In this document: in pieces, positions 52,027 to 62,503 of the stretch
Layout of the letters: each line of letters begins with the position of its first letter
Numbering within the stretch: position 1 is the first letter of the stretch
Source of the DNA: Candidatus Dormiibacterota bacterium
GTDB taxonomy: Bacteria > Chloroflexota > Dormibacteria > Aeolococcales > Aeolococcaceae
Length of the DNA: 64,000 bases
Direction of reading: 5' to 3'
Assembly: GCA_963709585.1 (NCBI GenBank)
Contig: CAVPXI010000004.1
Span: 256,001 to 320,000 of the forward strand
The notes under the pieces: model-generated
What the model saw: only the letters and a program-made list of their open reading frames with translations
Told to the model about the DNA's origin: nothing
Databases searched by the model: none
Translations under genes and position numbers: made by a program

Positions 52027-52979
52027 CAGGGGTGCACCTGCGAGCCGTAACCCAGGTCCAGCCGGATCGATTCCATCACCCAGAAGGTTGTGCTCTCGGT
52101 GAACACGTCGGCGGCGGCCAGCACGCCGGTGTACTTCTCGATCACAGGTGCAGCTGCGGCCGCGGCAGTCGCGTCGAGATGAGCCTTCACTGCGGCCCAG
52201 GTGTTCTCACCGTACTTCACGTAATAAGGGGTGGGATCGAGAGTGTCGATGGCGGTCCTGACGCTCGCAGAGATATCCGCCATGTACTGCTGGTGCAAGG
52301 TCACGTCGTCGCGGGTGCCGATCCTGCCGAGATGGCCGCCGATGAAATGCTTCCACGAGTACGCAAGGGCATTCGCGGGCGCCTCGATGTAGCCGGGGAT
52401 GTCCTCGGTCAGGTTGGAGATGTAGACCGGCGCCCAGCCAGCGTTGACGATGTCGACCAGCATCAGCGTGTCGTGGTCCGGCAGGTGGATGACGATGTTG
52501 TCCGGCGTGTGGTTGGCACCGTGCCAGGCGAGGTCGATCCGCTCGCCGCCGATCTCAAGGGTGCGGCGGTCCTGGAACGTCTCCTCGTTGGGTGGCTTGG
52601 CCGGGTCGTCGTCGCGCAGCATCAGACGCCGGGTCTCCTCATGTCCGATGCGGGTGATGTTCTTGTCGAAGAGGAACGACGCGCCGGCGTGGTCGGCGTG
52701 GTGATGCGAGTAGATGAGGTGTGTGACCTTGCTGCTGACGCCGTTCGCGGCGGCGATCTCGTCGACCGCCCGCTGAATGTTGTGGCCGATGGTCGGGGGC
52801 GCGTCGAGCAGGACGACGCCGTCGGACGTGGTCAGGAACGCCGACTGGTAGGTGCCGTCCGTGATCCAGTACAGGTTCCGCTCGACGCGGCCAACATAGT
52901 AGCCCTGCTCGTTGAGCGCGGGGCCGATCGCGGAGCGTGGGACGGGTGCGTAATCGGGGAGGGCTTCCGGGCTCATCAC
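52026..52979 (-). CDS. metallo-beta-lactamase-fold hydrolase
   Basis: DAPP, YSHHHADHAG, NHTPD, GGH. Confidence 0.92.
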   Translation of the reverse strand: MMSPEALPDYAPVPRSAIGPALNEQGYYVGRVERNLYWITDGTYQSAFLTTSDGVVLLDAPPTIGHNIQRAVDEIAAANGVSSKVTHLIYSHHHADHAGASFLFDKNITRIGHEETRRLMLRDDDPAKPPNEETFQDRRTLEIGGERIDLAWHGANHTPDNIVIHLPDHDTLMLVDIVNAGWAPVYISNLTEDIPGYIEAPANALAYSWKHFIGGHLGRIGTRDDVTLHQQYMADISASVRTAIDTLDPTPYYVKYGENTWAAVKAHLDATAAAAAAPVIEKYTGVLAAADVFTESTTFWVMESIRLDLGYGSQVHP

Positions 52980-53094
52980 CAGCCCGCCGATGGATCGAGG
53001 GTGGTTGTGTTGTTCATGCCCGGATCGTGGCCTTTGCCGCCGGCGATCGAATCCCGAAAACCCGTAGTCCTGACCCCAGTGGCATGCTGCCTGG

Positions 53095-55840
53095 ATGGTC
53101 GTGAGGGCTCGTGCTGAGCAGTTGGTTGGCAGGAAGCGCGAGCGCGCGGTGCTCGAGCGGCTGCTGGATACCGCCCGGGGCGGTCACGATGCCGTCCTCG
53201 TGGTGCACGGAGACCCCGGCGTCGGCAAGACCGCGCTGCTCGAGTACACGATCGAGGCGGGCCAGGATTTTCGCGTCGTTCGGACTGCGGGTGTCGAGGG
53301 GGAGATGGAGCTCGACTACGCGGCGCTGCAACGGCTCTGTTCGCCGATCCTCGAGTTCATCGACCGCCTTCCCGATCCCCAGCGTGATGCGCTGGGCGTC
53401 GCCTTCGGACTCAACACCGGACACGCGCCGAGCCCATTCCTCGTCGGGCTCGCGGTTCTCGGCCTCCTCTCCGAAGCTGCCGAGCAGCAGCCGCTCCTGT
53501 GCGTGGTCGACGACGCGCAGTGGCTCGATGGCGCAACCGCCCAAGCGCTCGCGTTCGTGGCTCGCCGCCTGCTGGCCGAGCGGATCGCGCTCGCCTTCGG
53601 GACGCGTGAGGTGGGCAGCGGATTGGCGCGCTTCCCGGAGCTTCGCGTCGAGCCGCTGGGCCGCCGGGATTCACGAGCGCTCTTGGAGTCCGCCCTGGCT
53701 GCGCGGCTGGACGAGTCCGTGCTCGAGCGGATCATCGCCGAGACGGGCGGGAACCCGCTCGCGCTCCTCGAGCTCCCGCGCGGGCTGACGCCCGCCCAGC
53801 TCGCCGGTGGTTTCGGCCTGCCTGCGGCACTTCCTCTGTCGACTGGGATCGAACAGAGCTTCACGCGCCGGCTGGCGCGCCTTCCACGCGACGCACGGCG
53901 GTTGCTGCTCCTGGCGGCGGCAGAGCCGGTTGGCGACCCTGCGCTTCTCTGGCGGGCGGCGCACCAGCTTGGGATCCCGGAGACGGCCGCGCAGGCCGTG
54001 GAGTTGGACGGCTTGCTGATGGTCGATGGAGGAGTCGTGTTCCGTCATCCGCTGGTGCGCTCAGCGGTGTACGGGGCCGCCGAGCCCAGCGAGCGGCGCG
54101 AGGTTCACCGCGCGCTGGCGGACGCAACCGATCCGCTGACCGACCCCGATCGCCGCGCGTGGCACCGTGCGCAGGCGGCGTCGGTACCTGACGAAGCGGT
54201 GGCCACGGAGCTCGAGCACTCCGCCGCGCGTGCGCAGGCGCGGGGCGGCTTCGCTGCTGCTGCTGCCTTCCTCGAACGCGCTGCCACACTGACACCCGCT
54301 CCGGCACGCCGTGCGCGCCGTGCGCTGGTCGCAGCTCAGACGAAGTTCCGGGCAGGCGCTCTCGACGACGCACTTGGTCTGCTCTCGTCAACGGAGATCG
54401 GAGCGCTCGACGAGCTCGATCGCGCCCGAGTTCGAGTTGCTGCGCGCGCAGATCGCATTCGTCTCCACGCACGGCAGCGACGCGCCCACGTTGCTGCTTG
54501 CGGCCGCGCGCCGGCTTACGCCGCTGTCTCCGAGTTTTGCGCATGAGACGTACCTCGAGGCTCTGTCGGCAGCGATGTTCGCGGGACGCCTTGCGGCGCC
54601 GGGTGCGAGCGCGCTCGAGGTCGCGCAGGCCGTCAAGCGCGCACCGAGGCCGCCCGTCCTCGGCGGTCCCGAGTTGTTGCTCGATGGACTTGCGACCCGA
54701 TTCACTGAGGGCTATGAGGCTGCTGTCCCGATCCTGCGGCGTGCACTTCAGGCGTTCGACGTCAGCGGCCTGGCCGTGAGCGAGCAACTGCGCTGGAAGT
54801 GGCTCGCGACCGTCTCGTCGGTCCACATGTGGGATGACACGGGCTGGGAGACCCTGTCCCAACGGCACGAGCAGATCGCCCGGGAGACCGGCGCCCTCGG
54901 GGAGCTTCCGCTCGCGCTGACCCAGCGCGTCTACGCGCATCTTTTCGTGGGCGCGCTGACGACAGCGGTGTCGCTGGTCGATGAGATCCGGGCGGCGATA
55001 GAGGTCACCGGCAGCAACCTCGGGCCGTACGGTGCGGTCGGACTCGTCGCGCTTCGCGGCCGCGAGCTCGAGGCGGTCGCTCTCATCGACGAAAGCCGCC
55101 GGGACGTGGCTCTCCGAGGTGAGGGAATCGGTCTCTCGATCCTCGACTGGGCTGAGGCGGTCTTGTACAACGGCCTCGGCCGCTACGAGCAGGCATGCGC
55201 CGCGGCGCTGCGGGTTGCTGAGCATCCGCACGATCTCGGCACCTCGAACTGGTGCATCGCCGAGTTGATCGAGGCCGCGGTCCGAGCCGGAAGACCTGAG
55301 CTGGCAGCGGGTGCCCGTTCGCGTCTCGCGGTGATGGCCAAGGTGAGCGGGACGGACTGGGCCCGCGGGATCGCGGCTCGCTCGGACGCGCTCTGCGCGG
55401 AAGATGAGGGGGCCGAGGAGCTCTACGCCGAGGCCGTCAATCGACTCGGTCGATCCCGCATTGCGGTCGATCTCGCTCGCGCTCACCTCCTGTACGGTGA
55501 GTGGCTGAGACGTCAACGCCGACGCCTTGATGCACGCAGGCAGTTGCGGTCGGCTCACGACCTCTTCTCCGACTTCGGCATGGATGCATTCGCTGAGCGC
55601 GCACGCGTCGAATTGGAAGCGACCGGCGAGCGTGCTCGCAGACGCACCGTTGATACCCTTGATCAACTCACTCCGCAGGAGGCACAGATCTCGCGCCTTG
55701 TGGCGCAGGGGAACAGCAACCGCGAGATCGCCGCTCAACTGTTCATCAGCCCCAGCACGGTCGAGTACCACCTGCGCAAGGTGTTCGGCAAGCTCGGCGT
55801 CAAGTCGCGCACGCAACTGGCCAGGCGCCTGCTGGGTTAG
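53095..55840 (+). CDS. AAA_16 ATPase-LuxR HTH regulator (one +1 indel at ~54431)
   Basis: GDPGVGKT, VDDAQWLD, GGNPLALLE; LTPQEAQI...TVEYHLRKVF in the second frame. Confidence 0.93.
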
Positions 55841-55872
55841 GCGCGGGGCGCTGGTCTCACAGCAGCTTCAAA

Positions 55873-55927
55873 CTGCCGGGAGAGGGAGTTCGAACCCTCA
55901 CGAGGTTGCCCTCGGCGGTTTTTGAGA
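55873..55927 (-). repeat. att site: displaced 3' half of tRNA-Leu
   Basis: Identical to 63782-63835 except one extra T; the match stops at the anticodon loop. Confidence 0.95.
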
Positions 55928-56016
55928 GCCCGGCCGCAGCGTTTTCGCGTGCCGGCGCGGGCCAAGTTGGCTCGTCGCGTATTCGGCTGACACGATGATC
56001 GTGACTCCGCGTGCTG

Positions 56017-56062
56017 CTGCAGGGTACGGGTTGACACTCCTGTAGGGGTACGCGCAGGGGTC
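56017..56062 (+). repeat. integrase arm-type binding site candidates
   Basis: CTGTAGGGGTA at 56040-56050 with variants at 56017 and 56053; the same 11-mer is in tandem at 63687-63708. Confidence 0.75.
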
Positions 56063-56260
56063 CCGATCGCGCCGGATTTCTACTGATGGCGTCCGCCTTG
56101 CATGTCGCCGCCGGAACGCCAACGACACACCGAGGCACTCTTGCCTTGCGCGCTTCAGTGATCGCCGGTCGCAGTCGTGGCGGGGCCACCGGAGTGAGCG
56201 ATCACTTCTGCAAGTCTGGGGCTCGTCGACTTTCTGGCTGTGTAGCGATAGTGTGGCTGA

Positions 56261-56521
56261 GTGAGGCGCAACATCGCGATGGTGCTGGTGGCGGTAGCCG
56301 TGGGGGTGGGGATCTGGGTCGGTACTTGGGAGGCGCACTTTTGGGTCGTTAGCGGCGGCGAATGCCCTCCCGGCGGTATCCCCACGTATTGTGCGCCGCC
56401 GATTCGAGAACCCCAGTTCGCGTGGTGGCTGTGCGCGCTGCTGGGAGCCGGGGCAGCGGCCCTAATCGCCCTGATTGCCTTGGCCGTAGATCGCTGGCCT
56501 TCCGCGCCGGATTCAAACTGA
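56261..56521 (+). CDS. small two-TM membrane protein
   Basis: TM - loop with C..C (CPPGGIPTYC) - TM. Confidence 0.6.
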   Translation: MRRNIAMVLVAVAVGVGIWVGTWEAHFWVVSGGECPPGGIPTYCAPPIREPQFAWWLCALLGAGAAALIALIALAVDRWPSAPDSN

Positions 56522-56884
56522 CCCGCTACGAAAACGGTCCAGATCAACTTCTGCGACCGTTGCTGGACCCGCGCCTGCGGGCGGAATCGTTTCATACCCG
56601 AGATTGGGGCCTACGTTTGGTACTCCTAGACTTGCCCGGGTGTGCATGGCGGCAGCCGAAGCGCGGCCACTTGAACACTCGATCCCGCAACTGGCGGGGC
56701 GCCGCAATTTGCACGTCCGCTGCCTTTAGCGCATACGTGATTTGGTGGGCTGAGGAATTCCTACTTGGCCCTGCCACGCTGGATTTGCGGCGCATTTGGT
56801 CTCAGTCCTTGAGGACTTGCAAAGGGATCAAACCGGCCCGGCGGAAAGCTCGCGGGCTGCCGGTGGCACAGTTAGCCCACACGC

Positions 56885-57310
56885 TGAGGCCCCCGGGGTT
56901 TCGTAGACACTCGCCCCGTATCGATCGCGCTCGGCGTCGATGTCGGTGGTCATCGGGGTCCTCGACCGCCGAGCTCGGTTCCGAAGAAACTGAGCCCCTT
57001 GAGAATCTCGTTGGCCCCGCGCAGCTCACGGTTCTCACGCTCCAGCTGCTTCAAGCGCTCGCGCCACTCGTGGTCAGGCCGAACTCGCTGCCCGGAGTCA
57101 ACCTCGGCTCGCTTCACCGACTCATGCAGCATCACCGGATGCATGCCGAACCTGCCCGCGATCGAACTGCGTCGCCTGCCACTCCGAATGTACTCGCGGC
57201 TGTGCTCCTTGACCATCCGCGCTGCCCGCTCCCTCAGCTACTAGGGATACCTTCTTGACCATTCCTTGCTCCGTCCACCGTGAGGGCTCCAGGATTCCCC
57301 GGGAGGTTCA
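56885..57310 (-). mobile_element. internally deleted IS3-family element (degraded OrfA only)
   Basis: Imperfect 26-bp terminal IRs (17/26 match) starting TGA; OrfA-like ERLKQLERENRELRGANEILK; no OrfB. Confidence 0.8.
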
Positions 57311-57412
57311 TTCACCCCGCGGGGCGCGCCTGGGAACATCGCGTAGTCGTCTGCGTGATATAGGCATGACACTGGTCGATTTTCATCGCGAAGACGTGCT
57401 AAGGTCCCGGCT

Positions 57413-58252
57413 GTGGGCGAAGGTCGGGGTTCGCGAACGAGCGGCAGCATCCATCTCGTTCGCAGTCGACGTATCGGAGTCGTGGCGATAGTGGTGACGC
57501 TCGTCGTGGTGTTAGTCGAACCCATCTCAAGGGTTGCTTGGCGTCCGGCGGTGGCGATGGGTGCAACCCAGGGCTTCCGAGTAACCAGGCGAACCGTCAC
57601 GACGGTGAGAGCCGTTATCTCGGCGCAGGGGTGCCCGACGGTGTCATGGCGGTCGAGAAGAACTATTCGCCGTGGGTGGATCCGTCTCAGCCGATCGCTG
57701 ACGCCTCAGGTTGGGTAATGCTCGTCGACAACACCGGCAAATTGTATTCCCAATTTGGGTGGATTGAATTTGCCGGTGGCGTCAGGCACCTGTTCTCTGA
57801 GGTAGGTAACGCTACCAATCCTCTCGGCCATGACTTTAACCGTCAGTTTTACTACCCAACGCCGGCTATAAACTCGCAAACCACAGTTGAGGTTTCATAC
57901 CAGCCGAATAACTCGTACAAGTATGACTACTATGCCAATGGGGCACGCGTTGGCGGGGACAACGATTCATATTCCCAATTTGTCCCAGCTCAAGCTCAAA
58001 TCTCCGGCGAAATATGGTCTGACGATACTCAGATGCCAGGTGGGTATGCGGTCGACAATTCGACGTATCAATCGTGGACAGGTGAGCGCGTTTGGTATCC
58101 CGGAGACTCCTGGAGGGAACTGGCACTACTTCAATGAAAACTTCGATACCGCTGTCGTTCGCGACGACAACACTACTTTCTACGGTTATTCGAACTATCC
58201 GAATGCCTACCTTGACTCGCAATACATATGGGATTGGGGATGTCCCTACTGA
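57413..58252 (+). CDS. secreted beta-rich protein, possibly glutamic-peptidase-like (frameshifts at ~57537 and ~58104)
   Basis: Signal-like RRIGVVAIVVTLVVVL, core with YSQFGW and ISGEI, tail ...WDWGCPY*; visibly lower GC than the backbone. Confidence 0.6.
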
Positions 58253-58770
58253 CTCGGACTCGGGCTGCGGCAGTTCTAGGCTTGACCCTCATCACCGCGA
58301 TGAGCCTTACCTCTTGCCGAGCACTCGACGGCGCCTCAGCCACCTCTGTTGCTACACCTACCGTCCAGGCTTCGCCTCCGCCCATCCCGGTTGCCGTACT
58401 CGCGGCTAACGGTATTGTCGTAACCCCCGCACCGCCCGGCACGCAGGCGGCGGTGCCTGAGGATGACGCTGAGAAACTCGCCGTCCAGCAGTTCGCGCCC
58501 GGCAGCGTTGTCCTGATTGCGGCCCTGATGAACGTCACTAGAGACGGCACGCCCCGTGGTATCTGTTGGGTCGTGTCGATCAATCCCTTAGGCGACGTAG
58601 GGTCGAATCCTGTCCCGAATGGAGCGGAAACTACGACGGTTCCCCCTAGCTTCGCGAACTTCGCGATCGTTGCCATTGACGCGACCACCGGGGCAATCGT
58701 CCTTGCTGACACCGGGCGCGATTCGAGCCTTCCAGACTTGCCGACCCTGGTGCCGGCAGCGGCTCCCTAA
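58240..58770 (+). CDS. lipoprotein with PepSY-like domain
   Basis: Lipobox LTSC; VPEDDAEKLA...CWVVSI...IVAIDATTGAIV. Confidence 0.65.
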   Translation: MSLLTRTRAAAVLGLTLITAMSLTSCRALDGASATSVATPTVQASPPPIPVAVLAANGIVVTPAPPGTQAAVPEDDAEKLAVQQFAPGSVVLIAALMNVTRDGTPRGICWVVSINPLGDVGSNPVPNGAETTTVPPSFANFAIVAIDATTGAIVLADTGRDSSLPDLPTLVPAAAP

Positions 58771-59033
58771 CGAGAAGTCGCGCCCAGGCAGGATCGAGTG
58801 CCAGGTCGGGCATCCGGCTGGGCGCCACCGGTTGACGGACCTGAAAGCGGCCGCATTGCGGTCCAATGGGCTGCCAATCGGGGAGGAGGTGTGTCGAACT
58901 GTTCGGGCTTCGCGGCGGACAATCCGTCCCTCGCGCCGGTCTGTTGGCTGCACCGCCCGGGGACGCATAACACGAAGCGTAAGGCTCGACGCTAACTGGC
59001 CTCGAGGCGAGCGCATCACGCTCGCACCACACC

Positions 59034-59138
59034 GACGCGGTGGCCAAAGAACTCAACGAGCGCCCTCGACAAACCCTCGGCTGGGTGACACCCTTGCAGA
59101 CGCTCGCCGAGATTGTCGCAGCGACCGGCTGAAATCCA
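59034..59138 (+). pseudogene. IS30-family transposase 3' remnant
   Basis: DAVAKELNERPRQTLGWVTP...VAATG* matches the IS30 C-terminus LNxRPRKxLGWxTP. Confidence 0.75.
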
Positions 59139-59195
59139 AGCGCGAACGCTTCGATCTAGGGGTCTTTGCTCAGCGTTGGATGTTTAGGCGAGTCC

Positions 59196-60870
59196 CTACC
59201 ACGGCTCCAGCTCCGGTGACATGCCCTGTTCGCGCTCGAACTCCAGTTGCGCTGCTTCCAGCTGCGCATCGATCTCGGGGGTGAGCCAACCGGCGACGGT
59301 CATCCCCTCGAGGTGGTTGTGCGGCCCGCCGCCGGCGTCCTCTGCGTCGATGCGGTCCAGCGCGCGGGCCACCATTTCGTGCGCGGCGTCGTCGGACATG
59401 CCCATCTCACACAACCAGCCTTCCACCTGGTCGTAGGCGCGCTGAGCCACTAGGCGGTCAATCTCCTCCCCGGCCTCCACCCCGGTCGCCTCCTGGGCCA
59501 GCTCGGGTCCGCCGAGCATCTCGACCAGGGCGCGCTGCCGATCGGTGGCCAGCGCGTCGAGGCCGCTCCGCTGGGGCGTCTCGTAGCGCTCCGGGTAGTC
59601 GAGCGCCGACTCCTTCAACTCGCTTCGGGTCCATGCCTGCACGGTGCGCTCCTCGGCAGATCGGTTTGTTTCCTTCCAGTGCTCAACGCCGAGGGTGTCC
59701 CGCTCGGGCGGGGTGAACACCTCGTAGTAGTGGGTGGCGAGAGTGGCGCGCGACATCGCGGTGTACGCCCATTCCCGGGAGGCGCCCTCGGATCCCACCA
59801 CCAGGGCGATGTCGGCGGTCATCCCCTGTGCCTTGTGCACGGTCAGCGCGTAGCCGCGGTCGATGGCGTCGTAGTGCGTGGTGTCGAGGGTCAGCTGACG
59901 CTTGTCGGGACGCTCCAGGGTCAGCGTGTGACGCTCGACATCGATCGCCGTGACCACGCCACGGGTGCCGTTGCTGACCGCGCCACTGCGCTCGTTGGCG
60001 AGGCAGATGACCCGGTCGCCAACCTGGTACTCCTTGTCACCGACCGTGAGCGCCGGGCCGTGGACTCTTCCCTCGGCCACCGACCGGGCGTGGGCCAGCT
60101 CGTTGAGCGCGGCCACCTCATCCCGGCGCAGGGCGAGGATGACCGTGTTGAGGCCCCCGGCCTCGAGCCGGGCGTGATCCTCGATCACGTCGACCCGGCG
60201 CTCGGCCACCGAGTGGGCGTCGTGGATGCGCCCGTAGCGCATATACTCGCGGTAGGCCGTACGAGCCTCGCCGTCGCGGAGCAGCTGCAGGGTCGCCCGC
60301 TCCCAGCCGCTGCACCCAGGTGGGGACGGTGATGTGCGTGTGCAGCTGCGGATCGACGGTGACCGCACCTGTGGTGGGATCGGTGACCGGGCGGGCCGTG
60401 CGATGCACGAACTCGGGCATGACCAACTTTGCGCGCACCGCCTCGGTGGTCTTGGTGTCCGGGTTGTACTGGCGCGCCCAGCCGGCGCTGGCCTGGAGAT
60501 ACTCGGCGGCGGCCTGGACTCCCTCGCCGTGGATGCGCAGGATGGTCGACCTGGTGCGCTCGTCACCGAGCGCGTAGAGGATGCTCATGTCCTTGGGTGC
60601 GGATACGGTCACGTCGAAGGCGACGACCGTCTGCCTTCGCCAGTGCTTGCCGAGCTCCTCGCCCGTGCGCGGATATGTGCCGCTGAGTATCGCGGCGAAG
60701 TCGGTGTCGATCACCTCGCCGCGCAGACCCAACACTTCAGCGCCGGGTCCAGCCCAGCGTCCCGGCAACTCACCGCGGGCGGTGTAGTACTCGAGCTGCT
60801 GCTGCGCAACCGCCTCGCGCAGGTACCGCACCGCCTGCTCGACGCTGGTGAGCTTGCCGATGGAGATCAT
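59196..60870 (-). pseudogene. MOBF/TrwC relaxase-helicase with large internal deletion
   Basis: YL...EYY...PGRW.G, FDVTVSAPK, HRTAR...DPQLHTH, joined out of frame at ~60308 to a helicase C-terminus (YALTVHKAQG, YTAMSRA); no Walker A. Confidence 0.88.
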
Positions 60871-61197
60871 CGCGGAGACCCGTCCTGCACAGGCCTCAGC
60901 GTACGGAGAAAGCGCCTACAGAGCGCTTACTTTTTCGGAACGTTTGATCTGGAAGAAATCAGCGATGCAACTGTGTGCGTGTCAGGGTCGGCGATGCGTG
61001 TGCGCGAGGCAATGATGGCGGTGAGGGACGGACGCGTGAAGCAGGCGTGCGTCTGTCGAAGGTGAGAGGAGATGGCCGGCGGGCGGAGGACCGAAAGGTG
61101 AGCCGAGGGAGCCGCGGGTGCGAGCAGCGAGGACCGAATGCGCGCAGCGACCGACACGGGCGCTGACCCTGAGGGGGAGTTCACAGCACGAGCGGAC

Positions 61198-61341
61198 GCG
61201 ACGTTCGCGAATAGCGCGACGTTCGCGAATAGCGCGGTGCGCGCGAACCTCGCGAAGTGCGCTGGACGCGCGACGTCTGCCGAAAGCGCGATGTGCGCGG
61301 GAATCGCGATGTGCGCGGGAATCGCGCGATCCGCTCCATTC
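61198..61341 (+). repeat. 16 x 9-bp periodic array (GCG-N5-C)
   Basis: All 16 units start GC, 13 start GCG and 15 end in C; includes exact 18-bp doublets. Confidence 0.85.
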
Positions 61342-61789
61342 GCATGACACGTGGAAGGCGCGAATGCCGCTAAGCAGCTTTCACCATAGGAAGCGTGTCA
61401 ACGTAGTGCGTACGCTCCCGGGGCGGATGCGTCCTGAGCTGTCTGTCGCCCACGTCCTGGACCCGCGGTGTCAAGTATCTGCCGGACTTTCACATGCCAA
61501 GGCTTGCTGGAAAAGTGTAGGCGCTACGTAAGCAAATACATGGCATGCTCGTGCCATGGCTATCGCCGACGTGTCGCCGGGTACCGGCAATGTGCGCGGG
61601 AAGCCTCGCGCGCATCAGACGAAACTTCCTTGGGGTGCCGATGAGCTGGTGTCGCCTCAAGGAACACCCGGGATCCATGCCGACCGGGACCCACGACGCC
61701 GACGAGCAACGCCCACCGCACCAGCGCCCTTGCTCGAGTCGGCCGCGCCGACACCTGTTGAGATTCCGCCTGGATCGACGCGCACTCCG

Positions 61790-61951
61790 ATGCTGCTCAC
61801 CGTTCGCGACGTGGAAGCTGAACTGCAACTCGGTCGCACGCGAACCTACGAACTCTTACGCTCAGGCTCCATCCCCGTTATCCGCGTCGGTCGCGCGCTC
61901 CGCGTGCCGCGCGATGCGCTGCGCCACTGGGTCGATGAGCAGACCGCGTGA
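61790..61951 (+). CDS. excisionase / HTH_17 DNA-binding protein (may start upstream at 61556)
   Basis: MLLTVRDVEAELQLGRTRTYELLRSGSIPVIRVGRALRVP. Confidence 0.88.
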   Translation: MLLTVRDVEAELQLGRTRTYELLRSGSIPVIRVGRALRVPRDALRHWVDEQTA

Positions 61952-61971
61952 CCATTGCGGAGCGAGCGGCG

Positions 61972-62223
61972 TCAGCTCGCCCGCTGTACCGGTCGCACCA
62001 TGGTGTGGAGTCCTTCCGGATCGAGGTCCGCACCGTTGGGCCACATCAGTGTGCCCAGCTCCGGATCCACGCGGACGCGGTCGAACTGAATCGGGTCTCG
62101 GAGCGGCTCGAACATCTCACCCCACAGCTCGGCAGCCAGGTCGATGTCACCGACAACCCCGTCGCTGAACGTGAGCCGGAGCCGGTACTCACCGAGGCGC
62201 TCTACGCGTGTGACCTTGACCAT
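61972..62223 (-). CDS. DUF2442-family protein (putative antitoxin)
   Basis: YRLRLTFSDG, FEPLRDP, WPNGADLDPE. Confidence 0.9.
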   Translation of the reverse strand: MVKVTRVERLGEYRLRLTFSDGVVGDIDLAAELWGEMFEPLRDPIQFDRVRVDPELGTLMWPNGADLDPEGLHTMVRPVQRAS

Positions 62224-62232
62224 TCCCCAATC

Positions 62233-62502
62233 CTATGCGAGCGGCTCGATGGATGCCAGCGCCGTGCGTTCGATCACACGTTGCCAGTTGTCTCGCAGCT
62301 CCTGCTCGTGCAGGGCCGCCCATTCCATGACATGCCCAAGCGCCCGAGCAGGCAGCGAACCGTCGAGCACCACCAGCGGCTCTATCCCGATCGAGGCCTC
62401 ATGCTCCCCGTAGGTCGCGTGAAAGTGGGCCGCATGGTGTTGCCCGCCGGTCTCCCAGTACATGGTGATGACGATGCCGTAGAAGGCGCTGATCCGCGGC
62501 AT
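62233..62502 (-). CDS. DUF4160-family protein (putative toxin)
   Basis: MPRISAFYGIVITMY, HHAAHFHA, EWAALHEQELRDNW. Confidence 0.9.
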   Translation of the reverse strand: MPRISAFYGIVITMYWETGGQHHAAHFHATYGEHEASIGIEPLVVLDGSLPARALGHVMEWAALHEQELRDNWQRVIERTALASIEPLA

Positions 62503-62503
62503 G

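Noticed and set aside
61198-61341. CRISPR array
   Set aside because: 9-bp period with no 25-45 bp repeats or spacers; no cas genes in the window
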